Below are positions 20,063 to 30,100 of a stretch of 64,000 bases of DNA, piece by piece. Position numbers and translations under genes: made by a program. Source of the DNA: Chthoniobacteraceae bacterium (GTDB lineage Bacteria; Verrucomicrobiota; Verrucomicrobiia; Chthoniobacterales; Chthoniobacteraceae); the NCBI GenBank assembly GCA_031409335.1, contig JANNWY010000002.1, positions 24,433-88,432 of the forward strand, read 5' to 3'. Each line of letters opens with the position of its first letter. Within the stretch, counting starts at the first letter, position 1. Below the pieces are notes generated by a model, which worked only from the letters and a program-made list of their open reading frames with translations, did no database searches and was not told the origin of the DNA.

Positions 20063-20165
20063 TGACGCCGAAGGCTCTGGACTGCGGTGATTCCTTCACC
20101 GCTATCGTGTGCGCGTTCTCTAAAGCGGTGAAGGAATCACCGCAGTCCAAGAGCCTTCGGCGTCA
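20063..20165. repeat. REPIN-like near-perfect inverted repeat inside the ABC operon
   Basis: TGACGCCGAAGGCTCTGGACTGCGGTGATTCCTTCACCGCT ... AGCGGTGAAGGAATCACCGCAGTCCAAGAGCCTTCGGCGTCA; second copy at 35010-35101. Confidence 0.85.
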
Positions 20166-20175
20166 CTAAATTCCC

Positions 20176-21174
20176 ATGTCCAAAACTTCGCCTGCCGCCA
20201 CTTGGAAAGCCCTGTTCGCCCGACACGAGACTATCCTGCTCTTCGTCCTCATCGCGGAGGTTGTGTTCTTCAATTCCGTTGGCCGGAATTTCGGCACCAC
20301 CGACAACATCGCGAACATCGTCCGCCAATCCGTCGAAATCGGCCTGCTCGCTCTCGTCATGACGCCGATCATCCTCACCGCTGGCATCGACCTCTCCGTC
20401 GGCTCGCTCATGGGCCTGTGCGCGGTCGTCTTCGGCATGTTGTGGAAAGACGCTGCCCTTCCTCCGTGGCTCGCAGCCATCGGCGCGGTCGCCACCGGCG
20501 CGCTCGGTGGCGGTGTGAATGCCGCGCTCATCACGCGCCTCGGCCTCCCGCCGCTCATCGTCACGCTCGGCACGTTCTCGCTTTTCCGCGGACTCGCCGA
20601 AGCCTTCACCGGCGGCACCAAGGCATACACGAATTTCCCCGAATCCTTCCTCGCGCTCGGCAATTCCTTTTTCCTCGGCGTGCCCGTGCAGGCATGGATT
20701 TTCATCGCCGCCGCCATCGCGATTTGGCTGCTCGTGCATCGCACCACTTTCGGGCGCGGCTTTCGCGCGATCGGCTTTGCGCCGGAGGGTGCGCGCTATG
20801 CGGGCATCCCGGTCGAGCGCCGCGTCGCGCTCGCCTACACGCTCGCGGGCGCGGTCGCGGGACTCGCGGCCGTCATCTTCGTCTCGCGAGTCACCGAGGC
20901 GCGGGCAAATGCGGGCATCGGCTACGAACTCGCCGCCATCACTGCGGTCGTGCTCGGCGGCACCAGCATCTTCGGCGGAGTCGGCACCGTGCATGGCACG
21001 CTGCTTGGCGTCGCCGCAGTGGCCGTGCTCGCGAACGGCCTCTCGCGCATCATCAAAATCGTGGACATCTCGCGCGAACTCTCCGGGATGCTCACCGGCG
21101 CGCTGCTGCTACTCGCGCTGGCGGCGGGGGCGTTTGGAAAATGGCTTGGCGCGCGGCGTCCGAAATCCGGGTAG
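20176..21174 (+). CDS. Sugar ABC transporter permease (RhaQ/LsrD-like)
   Basis: GIDLSVGS, GARYAGIP, YELAAITAVVLGGTSIFGG. Confidence 0.9.
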   Translation: MSKTSPAATWKALFARHETILLFVLIAEVVFFNSVGRNFGTTDNIANIVRQSVEIGLLALVMTPIILTAGIDLSVGSLMGLCAVVFGMLWKDAALPPWLAAIGAVATGALGGGVNAALITRLGLPPLIVTLGTFSLFRGLAEAFTGGTKAYTNFPESFLALGNSFFLGVPVQAWIFIAAAIAIWLLVHRTTFGRGFRAIGFAPEGARYAGIPVERRVALAYTLAGAVAGLAAVIFVSRVTEARANAGIGYELAAITAVVLGGTSIFGGVGTVHGTLLGVAAVAVLANGLSRIIKIVDISRELSGMLTGALLLLALAAGAFGKWLGARRPKSG

Positions 21175-21288
21175 CACGCTCGTCCCGCCGAAACGAACTT
21201 TCAGAACGTATCGCTGCGAAGCGCGTGAACGAAATCCGAGACGACGCGTGAGTGAAGTCCGCGAAGGCGGGACGCGCGTTTTCCCCCG
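21167..21288. repeat. Degenerate REPIN related to 13837-14001, between convergent genes
   Basis: Shares CGTCCCGCCGAAACGAACTTTC with the 13837 element; closes with GGCGGGACGCGCG. Confidence 0.65.
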
Positions 21289-21291
21289 ACC

Positions 21292-22047
21292 TCACTCTCC
21301 GTACGCCGCCACGCGGCTCTTCCAACCCGCCAGCCACCGCTGCTCATTCCGCGCGGGCGGCGAATTCTGCACGCGCCGTGTCAGGACCGCCGCCGCGCTC
21401 GCGCCAAACTCGCGCGCGCCGCCGCCGCCTTTCATCCCCGCCAGCACTTGCAACAGCCCCCAGCCTTCGCCGTTGTAGCGTTCCTCGGCCTTGATGCCTT
21501 CACCCTTGAAATTCACGTAGTCGATCAGCGCAAACGTCCCCGCGCCCGTCGCGCGAAGGCGCTCGAATTGCGCGCGCACATTTTCGCGCTGCGCGGCCGG
21601 CGCAGCGGCGAGCATCTTCGGCAAACTCTCCGTCATCCGCTGCGCGAGAAAACGACTCTGCAACCGCAGCGTGTCGAAAAGCAGTTCACGCAGCTCCTTC
21701 GCCCGCGCACCCTGAAACTCTGCCTGAAACTCCGCGCGCGAATTCCACGGACAATCACCCTGCGCCCACGCGGGCACCGCCGCGCCATTCGCCGCGAGGT
21801 ATTTCGCCAGTTTCGGAAAACTCTCCTCAAACGGCCCGCGCTGCCCTTTCGGATACCAGATGAAATGTCCGATCCCGAGCGACGCGAAATTCTCGCCCGC
21901 GTTCCATGACGTCAGTCCGTCGCGCGTCCCGCCGCACTCGTTTTGCCAGACGCGGCGACCGATGGAGTCGAGTTCCTTGTCGGAAAGCGCGTGCGCGGGA
22001 ACGATCGCGGTCATCAGCAAAAGCGGGGAAAGAAATCTGAAGTTCAT
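21292..22047 (-). CDS. Secreted conserved hypothetical protein, possible lysozyme-like fold
   Basis: Signal peptide (..PAHA); WQNECGG, SLGIGHFIW, DYVNFKGEG. Confidence 0.7.
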   Translation of the reverse strand: MNFRFLSPLLLMTAIVPAHALSDKELDSIGRRVWQNECGGTRDGLTSWNAGENFASLGIGHFIWYPKGQRGPFEESFPKLAKYLAANGAAVPAWAQGDCPWNSRAEFQAEFQGARAKELRELLFDTLRLQSRFLAQRMTESLPKMLAAAPAAQRENVRAQFERLRATGAGTFALIDYVNFKGEGIKAEERYNGEGWGLLQVLAGMKGGGGAREFGASAAAVLTRRVQNSPPARNEQRWLAGWKSRVAAYGE

Positions 22048-22120
22048 TCCTCCGATCAAGTCACACCAAGAGCGCAAACTCCATTTGGAATTTCGGATCG
22101 CCCCGCTAGCATCGGCAGCC

Positions 22121-23194
22121 ATGGAAAAATCCGACGGAATGAACTACGCCCCCGAAGGCAAGCCCGCGCCCGTGGTCGCGCCCGGCGAGTTTGTCTTCGC
22201 CGCCGCCGCGCTTGATCACGGCCACATCTACGGCCAGTGCAAAGGCCTCACGGAAGCGGGCGGCGAGCTGAAATATGTCTTCGATCCCGACCCCGCGAAG
22301 GTGGAAAAATTCCGCGGCGTTTTCCCCAATGCCCAGCCGCTGCCGAGCCTGGCAGCGTTGCTCGACAAAAGTGAAATCAAGCTCGTCGCTGCCGCTGCCG
22401 TCCCTAGCGAACGCGGCCCGCTGGGCTGCCGCGTGATGGATTCCGGCAAAGATTATTTCACCGATAAAACGCCCTTCACCACGCTCGCCCAGCTCGAAGC
22501 CGCCCGCGCGAAAGTCGCGGAGACGAAACGCAAATACGCGGTCTATTTCTCGGAAAGGCTGCACGTCGAATGCGCCGTGCGGGCCGGCCAGCTCATCGAA
22601 CAGGGCGCGATCGGGCGCGTCGTGAATGTGATCGGCCTCGGCCCGCATCGCAGTTCACCCGCGTCGCGGCCGGACTGGTTTTGGTCGCGGGAAAAAACCG
22701 GCGGCATTCTTACCGACATTGGCTCGCACCAGTTCGAGCAGTTCCTGCATTACGCCGGGGCAAAGGACGCGAAAGTCGTGAACGCCTCGGTCGCGAACTA
22801 TCATCATAAGCAGTATCCGGAGTTCGAGGACTGGGGCGATGCGAACCTAGTCGCGGACAACGGCGCGACGAACTACATCCGCATCGACTGGCTGAATCCC
22901 GACGGCCTGCGGACGTGGGGCGACGGGCGCACCTTCATCGTCGGCACCGAGGGCTACATGGAACTGCGGAAATATCTCAACGTCGCGACCGACCTGGAAG
23001 GCGATCACCTTTTTCTCGTCGATAAAACCGGCGAGCACCACATCCGCTGCCACGGCGAAGTCGGCTACCCATACTTTGGCCAGCTCATCCTCGACTGCCT
23101 GAACCGCACCGAAAACGCAATGACGCAGGAGCACACCTTCAAAGCCGCCGAGCTATGCCTTATCGCGCAGGAGATGGCGCGGCGGATCGAATGA
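22121..23194 (+). CDS. Gfo/Idh/MocA family oxidoreductase
   Basis: LDHGHI, DYFTDKTP, GGILTDIGSHQ. Confidence 0.88.
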   Translation: MEKSDGMNYAPEGKPAPVVAPGEFVFAAAALDHGHIYGQCKGLTEAGGELKYVFDPDPAKVEKFRGVFPNAQPLPSLAALLDKSEIKLVAAAAVPSERGPLGCRVMDSGKDYFTDKTPFTTLAQLEAARAKVAETKRKYAVYFSERLHVECAVRAGQLIEQGAIGRVVNVIGLGPHRSSPASRPDWFWSREKTGGILTDIGSHQFEQFLHYAGAKDAKVVNASVANYHHKQYPEFEDWGDANLVADNGATNYIRIDWLNPDGLRTWGDGRTFIVGTEGYMELRKYLNVATDLEGDHLFLVDKTGEHHIRCHGEVGYPYFGQLILDCLNRTENAMTQEHTFKAAELCLIAQEMARRIE

Positions 23195-23203
23195 GGCGGG
23201 GAC

Positions 23204-24109
23204 TTACCCCTTCCACTTCTTCAGCAACGTGTCCGCCATTGCCGCGGGCGTCGGCGACACCGCGATCCCGGCAGCCTTCAAGGCCGCGATCTTGCCAGCG
23301 GCAGTCCCTTTTCCGCCAGAGACAATCGCCCCGGCGTGACCCATCCGCCGCCCCGGAGGCGCAGTCGCCCCGGCGATGAATGCCGCGATCGGCTTCGTGC
23401 AATGTTTCCCCGCCCACTCCGCCGCCCGCTCCTCGGCATCGCCGCCGATCTCCCCGATCATGATGATCGCCTCGGTTTCCGGGTCGTCGTTGAACATTTG
23501 CAGCACATCGAGATGGGAAGTCCCATTCACGGGATCGCCACCGATTCCGACACAGGTGCTTTGGCCATAGCCACGGGTAGTTAGCTGCCACACTGCCTCG
23601 TAGGTCAGCGTCCCACTTCTGGAAACCACACCCACGTTGCCACGCTTGTGAATATACCCCGGCGCGATGCCGATCCGGCAGCCGCCCTGCGATTTTTCAC
23701 CGGTCCCCGGCGTCACGATGCCAGGGCAATTCGGCCCGATAAGTCGCGTCTTCGCACTACCCAGCACGTGTTTCACCTTCACCATGTCATTGACGGGAAT
23801 CCCCTCCGTGATCGCCACCACCAGCTTCAGCTCCGCGTCGATGCACTCCAGGATGGCATCCGCCGCGAAGGGCGGAGGCACAAAGATCGCCGACACCGTC
23901 GCACCCGTCACCCGTGCTGCTTCTTCCACCGTGTCGAAAATCGGAATGCGATGCGTGCCATGATCAAAGGTCAACCCACCCTTCCCCGGCGTCACGCCCG
24001 CGACCACTTTCGTTCCATAGTCGAGCGAGAGCCTGGCATGCTTCGAGCCAAACTCGCCGGTGATACCCTGCACGAGCACTTTAGTTTCTGGAGTAACGTA
24101 GATAGCCAT
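23204..24109 (-). CDS. sucD: Succinyl-CoA synthetase alpha subunit
   Basis: [27 protein letters not shown] (phospho-His). Confidence 0.97.
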   Translation of the reverse strand: MAIYVTPETKVLVQGITGEFGSKHARLSLDYGTKVVAGVTPGKGGLTFDHGTHRIPIFDTVEEAARVTGATVSAIFVPPPFAADAILECIDAELKLVVAITEGIPVNDMVKVKHVLGSAKTRLIGPNCPGIVTPGTGEKSQGGCRIGIAPGYIHKRGNVGVVSRSGTLTYEAVWQLTTRGYGQSTCVGIGGDPVNGTSHLDVLQMFNDDPETEAIIMIGEIGGDAEERAAEWAGKHCTKPIAAFIAGATAPPGRRMGHAGAIVSGGKGTAAGKIAALKAAGIAVSPTPAAMADTLLKKWKG

Positions 24110-24127
24110 TGGTAAAAGGGTTCGCTG

Positions 24128-24505
24128 TTAGTGATGTCCGGGTTTGCGCCTGTGGATGACGAGGCTGTTTCCATCTGGATCAGCGACGACAGCCATGTGG
24201 CACACAGGAGATTCAAAAGGCTCAAGGCGGAAAGTAACACCCGCGGTCTTCAATTCAACGATGGCCGCATCGAAATCCTCGACTTCCAGCGCCGCGGACC
24301 CTCCGTCCGTATTGGGTTTCCAATCCGGTGACATGTTAGTGATGGCCAGCGTGTGGGCGCCGATTTCGTATTCCACAAATTGCATCTCAGGCGTCGGCCC
24401 ACCCACCATTCCGGGCGTCAGCCCCAGCAATCCCTCATAGAAAGCGCGGGCGCGGGGCATGTCGGTGACTGGGTAGCCAGTGAAGGCGATTTCGGTGATT
24501 TTCAT
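24128..24505 (-). CDS. VOC/glyoxalase family protein
   Basis: YPVTDMPRARAFYEGLLGL ... ADPDGNSLVIH. Confidence 0.85.
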   Translation of the reverse strand: MKITEIAFTGYPVTDMPRARAFYEGLLGLTPGMVGGPTPEMQFVEYEIGAHTLAITNMSPDWKPNTDGGSAALEVEDFDAAIVELKTAGVTFRLEPFESPVCHMAVVADPDGNSLVIHRRKPGHH

Positions 24506-24509
24506 GGGT

Positions 24510-24995
24510 TCAGTCGGGAAGTTGGTTCGCATCCAGAATGGCCTTCAATTGCGCGACGACAAGCAAGTCCTTCGGTCTCCCCACCACTTTCTTTGCATGG
24601 ATCAGCGTCGGGCAGTCCAGAAAGCGGCATTCACCAAAGGGCAGCTTGATCGAAACACTGTGTGCCCTGGCAAATTCGTAGTCCCCCACGTCCGGCAGCA
24701 AGCCCAGACAGTCGATCTGCCCGTAGTCGGTCTTGAGATAGACGTTCTTAAATCCAAGTGCCATGTCCGCAGGCAGGGTAAAGGGGATCTTCTGCGGCGT
24801 CATGCGATGGCATGGGTGCAAATCCGAAAACGCGGCATGGAGACGGCACAAGTTATCGCCCTGAAGCGGGCAGCAGATATCGACATCCAAGGTAACATAC
24901 GTCGAACCATGGACGAATGCCGCGTAACCTCCGATGACAACGAATTCCACATCCTCCCGCACCAGCCGCTCAAGAAGCCCTTCAAGGTTCGCCAT
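24510..24995 (-). CDS. Minimal nucleotidyltransferase
   Basis: VVIGGYAAFVHG...TLDVDIC (GG..DxD) and K..GRPKD C-terminal motif. Confidence 0.8.
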   Translation of the reverse strand: MANLEGLLERLVREDVEFVVIGGYAAFVHGSTYVTLDVDICCPLQGDNLCRLHAAFSDLHPCHRMTPQKIPFTLPADMALGFKNVYLKTDYGQIDCLGLLPDVGDYEFARAHSVSIKLPFGECRFLDCPTLIHAKKVVGRPKDLLVVAQLKAILDANQLPD

Positions 24996-25209
24996 ACTGC
25001 TTCCCAAACGATTCCCGTGTTGAAAGCATCAAATCCAGCGCACGCGCATGATCCCGCACTCTCTCCGCAGGCGTCTTCTTCCAGCTCTCATACAGCATCA
25101 CCGCATCCATCCCCATCGCCACGACCTCCCGCCACGCTGCCGTGTCCGGCACCGGGAGGAGCAGTGGCTCATCGAGCGGCATTCCGTGCGATGATGTGAT
25201 CGTGAGCAT
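24982..25209 (-). CDS. Small helical protein overlapping the nucleotidyltransferase gene (putative partner)
   Basis: GMDAVMLYESWKKTPAERVRDH; overlaps the NTase start; start codon uncertain. Confidence 0.55.
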   Translation of the reverse strand: MLTITSSHGMPLDEPLLLPVPDTAAWREVVAMGMDAVMLYESWKKTPAERVRDHARALDLMLSTRESFGKQYGEP

Positions 25210-25221
25210 GGCAGCCAATTC

Positions 25222-26409
25222 CTAGGCTGCCTTCACCGCCGCCACGATCTTCTCCGCCGCGTCCGCGATGTCGCTCCCGGTGATCACAGCCAGGCCGCTT
25301 CCGGCCAGCGTTTTCTTGCCGGCTTCCACGTTGTTCCCCTCCAGGCGCACGACCAGCGGGATGTCCAGCTCGGTTTCGCGCGCCGCGGCCACGATGCCAT
25401 TTGCGATGACATCGCAATCCATGATCCCGCCGAAGATATTCACCAGGATGCCCTTCACGTTGGCATCGCTCAGGATGATCTTGAAGGCACTGGTCACCTG
25501 TTCCTTGGTCGCGCCACCGCCGACATCCAGGAAATTCGCGGGCCGTCCGCCGCAATGCTGGATGATGTCCATGGTCGCCATCGCCAAACCCGCCCCATTC
25601 ACAAGGCACGCGATGTCGCCGTCCAGCCCGATATAGTTTAGCCCGAATTCCGACGCAGCAACCTCGCGCGGGTCTTCCTCCGACTTATCCCTCAATGCCA
25701 CCACCTCGGCCTGACGATAGAGCGCGTTGTCATCAAAGTTAAACTTCGCATCCAGCGCCAGCAGCAAGCCATCGGGGGTCACCACCAAAGGGTTTACTTC
25801 GATCTGGGAGCAATCCCTTGCCATGAACAGGCGGAACATCGCGCCAAAGAGCTTGCCAGCCTGGGTCATTTGCTTGCCTTTCAACCCCAATGCCGCGGCC
25901 AGCTTCCGGGTTTGATAGGCTTGCAGACCCAGCGCCGGGTGGATCGCTTCGCGGAAAATAAGATGCGGCGTCTTGTCGGCCACAGCCTCGATGTCCATGC
26001 CTCCCTCCGTGCTCGCGATCACGATCGGCGCGCTGCTGGCGCGATCCATTAGGATCGCGAAGTAAAGCTCCCGCTCGATATCCACCGCCTCCGCCACCAG
26101 CACCTTGCCCACCAACTTCCCATCCGGCCCGGTCTGATGCGTCACCAGCGTCTGTCCAAGCATTTTCCCCGCGATCTCTCCCGCTTTCTCAGGCGTCTCG
26201 CAGAGATGCACGCCGCCCTTGAACCCATTTGTAAAAGTCCCCTTCCCCCGCCCGCCCGCATGAATTTGCGCCTTCACCATGATCTTGTCCGTGCCGAGTT
26301 CGCGGGCCACGGCGATAGCTTCCGCCGCGGTCGTTGCCACGCGACCCTTCGAGGTTGCCACGCCGAATTGCTCGAAAAGTTCGCGGGCCTGGTATTCGTG
26401 AATGTTCAT
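25222..26409 (-). CDS. sucC: Succinyl-CoA synthetase beta subunit
   Basis: [41 protein letters not shown]. Confidence 0.97.
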   Translation of the reverse strand: MNIHEYQARELFEQFGVATSKGRVATTAAEAIAVARELGTDKIMVKAQIHAGGRGKGTFTNGFKGGVHLCETPEKAGEIAGKMLGQTLVTHQTGPDGKLVGKVLVAEAVDIERELYFAILMDRASSAPIVIASTEGGMDIEAVADKTPHLIFREAIHPALGLQAYQTRKLAAALGLKGKQMTQAGKLFGAMFRLFMARDCSQIEVNPLVVTPDGLLLALDAKFNFDDNALYRQAEVVALRDKSEEDPREVAASEFGLNYIGLDGDIACLVNGAGLAMATMDIIQHCGGRPANFLDVGGGATKEQVTSAFKIILSDANVKGILVNIFGGIMDCDVIANGIVAAARETELDIPLVVRLEGNNVEAGKKTLAGSGLAVITGSDIADAAEKIVAAVKAA

Positions 26410-26415
26410 GGAAAA

Positions 26416-26517
26416 AGTTGAGAGTTGTTAGTCGAGAGTCGAGAGTCGCAGCGGTCAAAGAAGAGGCTGCGCCCTTGCCGACGCGGCTCTCAACTCTCAA
26501 CCTTCCACTCTCCACTC
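26416..26517. repeat. Inverted pair of 7-mer tandem repeats
   Basis: AGTTGAG AGTTGTT AGTCGAG AGTCGAG ... CTCTCAA CTCTCAA CCTTCCA CTCTCCA. Confidence 0.65.
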
Positions 26518-26526
26518 CTCCGAAGC

Positions 26527-27051
26527 CTAGCCGCCCGAACCCACGTATTGCGCCGAGTAGGTCTCGAACTTCGCGTTCGATCCCACGGATGGCGCCTTCT
26601 CCACATCATAGACGGTATTGCCGACGATCGACTCGGACTTGGTATCCCAGATCATCACCGCCTTTTTAGCCTTCGGCGAGGTTTTCGAATTCTTCTCCGT
26701 ATCCACGGCGATGTAGCGCACGCGCTTCTTTTTCAGGGTCGCCTTTTTGGTCGGGGACATCCGTCCATAGTAAACCTTCGCGCGCTGCTCGGCGACACGC
26801 CGCTGACGCTCCGTGGCCTGATGTTTCGCGATGACGAAGGCAGTCGCCGCAGCGATCGCGCCAGCCGCCGCGCCGATGGCAATGGATTGCCCGGTGCTCG
26901 CCCCGGCCGCCCGCGCGATCGAGCCCGCGGCGACACCGGTTAGCCCGCCAAACATGGCGGCATTTTCTCCGGGAGTGAGATTTTCGCAGCCCGTCACAAA
27001 GATCGCGGCGGTCGCGGAAAGGGAGGCAATGGAAGTAGTAAGGCGATTCAT
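26527..27051 (-). CDS. Glycine-zipper lipoprotein
   Basis: Lipobox FVTG-C; GGLTGVAAG...IGAAAGAIAA; basic C-terminal domain. Confidence 0.75.
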   Translation of the reverse strand: MNRLTTSIASLSATAAIFVTGCENLTPGENAAMFGGLTGVAAGSIARAAGASTGQSIAIGAAAGAIAAATAFVIAKHQATERQRRVAEQRAKVYYGRMSPTKKATLKKKRVRYIAVDTEKNSKTSPKAKKAVMIWDTKSESIVGNTVYDVEKAPSVGSNAKFETYSAQYVGSGG

Positions 27052-27125
27052 GTCGCGCGTTGTATTGGCCACCCTGCGGCTGTGCAAGCGTTGAAAATGG
27101 AAAACTCGCCCACGCGTCGCGTCGC

Positions 27126-30100
27126 TCACTGCGCCGGTGCGCGCACGCGATAGTAGCGCGGCGCGGGGTCAGGCGCGCTGTCGGTGAAGGCGTGCGGGCT
27201 GCTCGTGGTGGCGGTGATGTCGCTGCCGAGCGGCGTCCATCCGGCGAGGTCGGTGCTCGTCATCACGCGATACGTTTTTCCCGCGATCGCGGGGAAAGTC
27301 ACGGTGATGCTGCCGTCCGGGTTGCGCGCGATTTGCGTGATTTTGAAAACGCTGGCGGGATCGCCGGCGTCGGTGCCGGCAGCTTGTTCGGCGAGGTTTG
27401 ATGAGCCGTCGCCATCCGCGTCGGCGGGTGCGCCGCCGGGCGACGCGGTGCCCGCAAACCAGCTCGTGGAGCTGCCGGGCGGGCCGCTCACGAAGTGGAG
27501 CGAGCTGCCATCCGCATCCGGCCACGGCGCGGCGCGCTGGTAGGTGAAGGTGAAAATCGTCGCGCCCAGCGCGCTGGTCAGCGTGAGGAGTTCGCCGTCG
27601 TTATCCAGCTTGCCGGTGTAGGGGCCGAGCGCGGTCGCGCCGGGATGCCGTGTGGCGAATTGCGCCGGATTCCGCGCGAGGACGAGGAATGCGCCGGGCG
27701 CGAGCGTGGTGCCGCCGGGGAAGGTGAACGCGACGCCCGCGGTGAATGCGCACGCGCTGAGATCGAGCGCGGCGGCGCCGCTGTTTTGTAGCTCGATGAA
27801 TTCAAACTCATCGCCATCGATCCCGCCAGCGCCGGGCGGATCGTAGCACAGCTCGGTGACGATGAGCGGCGAGAGATCCTGCCCTGGCTGGAAGGTCGCC
27901 GCGGTCAGCGCGCTCCATTCCCCGGTCGCGGTTTTTTTTGCGCGCGAGCGGACGGTGGTGAGCCCGGCGAGCGGGATGGGCGCGGAGTAAAGCGACGTGC
28001 CGACCGCACTCGGGTCGGTGCCATTCGTCGTGAAGTGCAGCGTGTAGCCCGCGCCGTTTGGCTGCGTGATCGCGAGCGTGAAGCCGGGAGCGAACGCGCC
28101 GCCGTGTTGCGAAAACGCGGGCGCATTGAAGCTCGGATAGACGCCCGCATTTCGAAATCGAATGAGTGCGCGGCTGACGAACTGCGGCCAATACGTCGAA
28201 TCCATCCACGCCGCGGCGGCGAGCCACTCGACCTCGCGCTTGAACGGCGTGGCGCGCTGGTAGTCGCCCCACCGCGCGCTCTCAGCGACGATGGCTTTGT
28301 CCAGCAGCGCCTGGATGCCGTGCCAGCGCGCGGACATCGCGGCTTGCGTGAGCGGCCCGCCATTGAAAAAAAGCGCCTGCACGCGGTCGCCGAACTGGCG
28401 CTTGAATCCGGCATTCGTGCGCGCGCTGCCGTAGAGCTGCGCGGGGCGCGCCGCCTGGTTCACGAGTTCGTAAAGGGTGCCGCTGGCGGTGTGCTGCTTG
28501 AGGATCGAGGTGTTCGAGATTTCCTGATCCCACGAGAGAAACTTGAAGCCTGTATCCGGATCGGTGCGGCGGCGCATCCCATACCAGTTTTTATCCGGCC
28601 AATCGTCCGCGCCCTGCGCGATGTGGATGATCATGTAGTCGATCAGATTGGCCACATCGAGCAGCACGGGATACGCGAGATTGCGCGTGCCGTTCGCATT
28701 GCGCCCTTGCGCCCGCTGGTAGGTCGCTTCGCTCGAAAAAGCGGTCGTGCCCGCGAGCGCGAGCAGTTGATCCCACGCGGCGCGCTCCCCGTCGGCGAGA
28801 TTGTCGTAATCCTTCACCACATCCCACTCGGAACGCGCGCCGCCGAAATGCTCGGCGGCAAATTTGTTGTCGAGATGTTCGATGACGTTGATGAGCCCCC
28901 AATACACGCCATTCAAAAAAAGATGCGCATAACGTCCCCGCGCCGAAGTGCCGCTGGCGGCGAGATGCGTGGCGCGGAAAAGCTCGTCGCGGATGTAAGC
29001 AGCCTCCGCGCGTTTCCACCGCGTGTCGCCATCGACCACGGTGTTCGCCGAGTCCGAGCACGGCCACGTATCGGTCGAGAGCGACTTCAGCACGAGCCGG
29101 TCGAAGCTCGTGACGCCGCTGCCGGGAAAGACATCCTGATTCAGCGAACGCGCGCCGTAGTCGCCGGAAAAATTCAGGCTGAAACCGTGCTTCGGCGTGA
29201 AGTCTTTGCTGCGTGAAATGTTGCCGTGAATATTGAGCGCGCAGTCTTCCTGCCAGTTCGTGAGCGCCGCGGCGGGGTCGATCCATTCGGCGGAAACGGC
29301 GACCGCGGGCAGCTCCGGCGCCTGCTGCGAGCCGGTGAAGGAAGCCGAGCCGTAGAGCGCGACGATGTCGCTCAGTTTCCCCACGACGCTGATGGTCGGG
29401 ATCGACAGCAGCGCGTCGGCGATGCTGTGTCCGGGCAGCGTCGAGCCAGTCACGTCCGGGTCCATCTGGTAATCGCCCGGATGCCCCGTCGGCCACGTCA
29501 CCGGCCAGCCGGGTATCGCGGCCGGTTGCGCGGCGACTTGCGCGGCAAAGAGATAGGTTTGCGTGTCGGCGTTGGTGGCGAGCAGGCCGCTCTTGAATGC
29601 CGCGGCGCGCACCATCGTCGTGCCATTGATCGCGATGGTCGCCGTCGGTGGATTCACCTGCGCGCCATTCGTCAGCGTCGGCACGCTGCCATTGAGCGTA
29701 TAAACGAGCGTCGCACCCGGCGTGGCGCACGAGATCGTGGTGGAAAATGGCGCGCTGAACCAACCGCGCCCGACGCTGAACTGCGTATCCGCGACGAAGC
29801 CCGATACGCCCGCCGAGTTCGGCCCGCCCGCCGTCGCCGTCGGCAGGAAGCGGCCCGCCGTCGTCCGCGCTTTCGCCAACTCGGGCAGGATGAGCAGTTC
29901 ATTGCTGGCGACGTTTTCATTCAGCGCGTGGATGGCGAGGACGTTCGCGCCCTGCGCGAGCTGCGCCGCGCCGCCGGGGATTTCCAGCGACTCCCACACC
30001 AGCGCCGCGACGCGTGTGCGATCGGCGGCGGCGGGCGAATTCCACTGCGGCACGGCGGGGGCATTGCGACGCGCGATTTCCTCCCCGTTCAGATAGGCGA

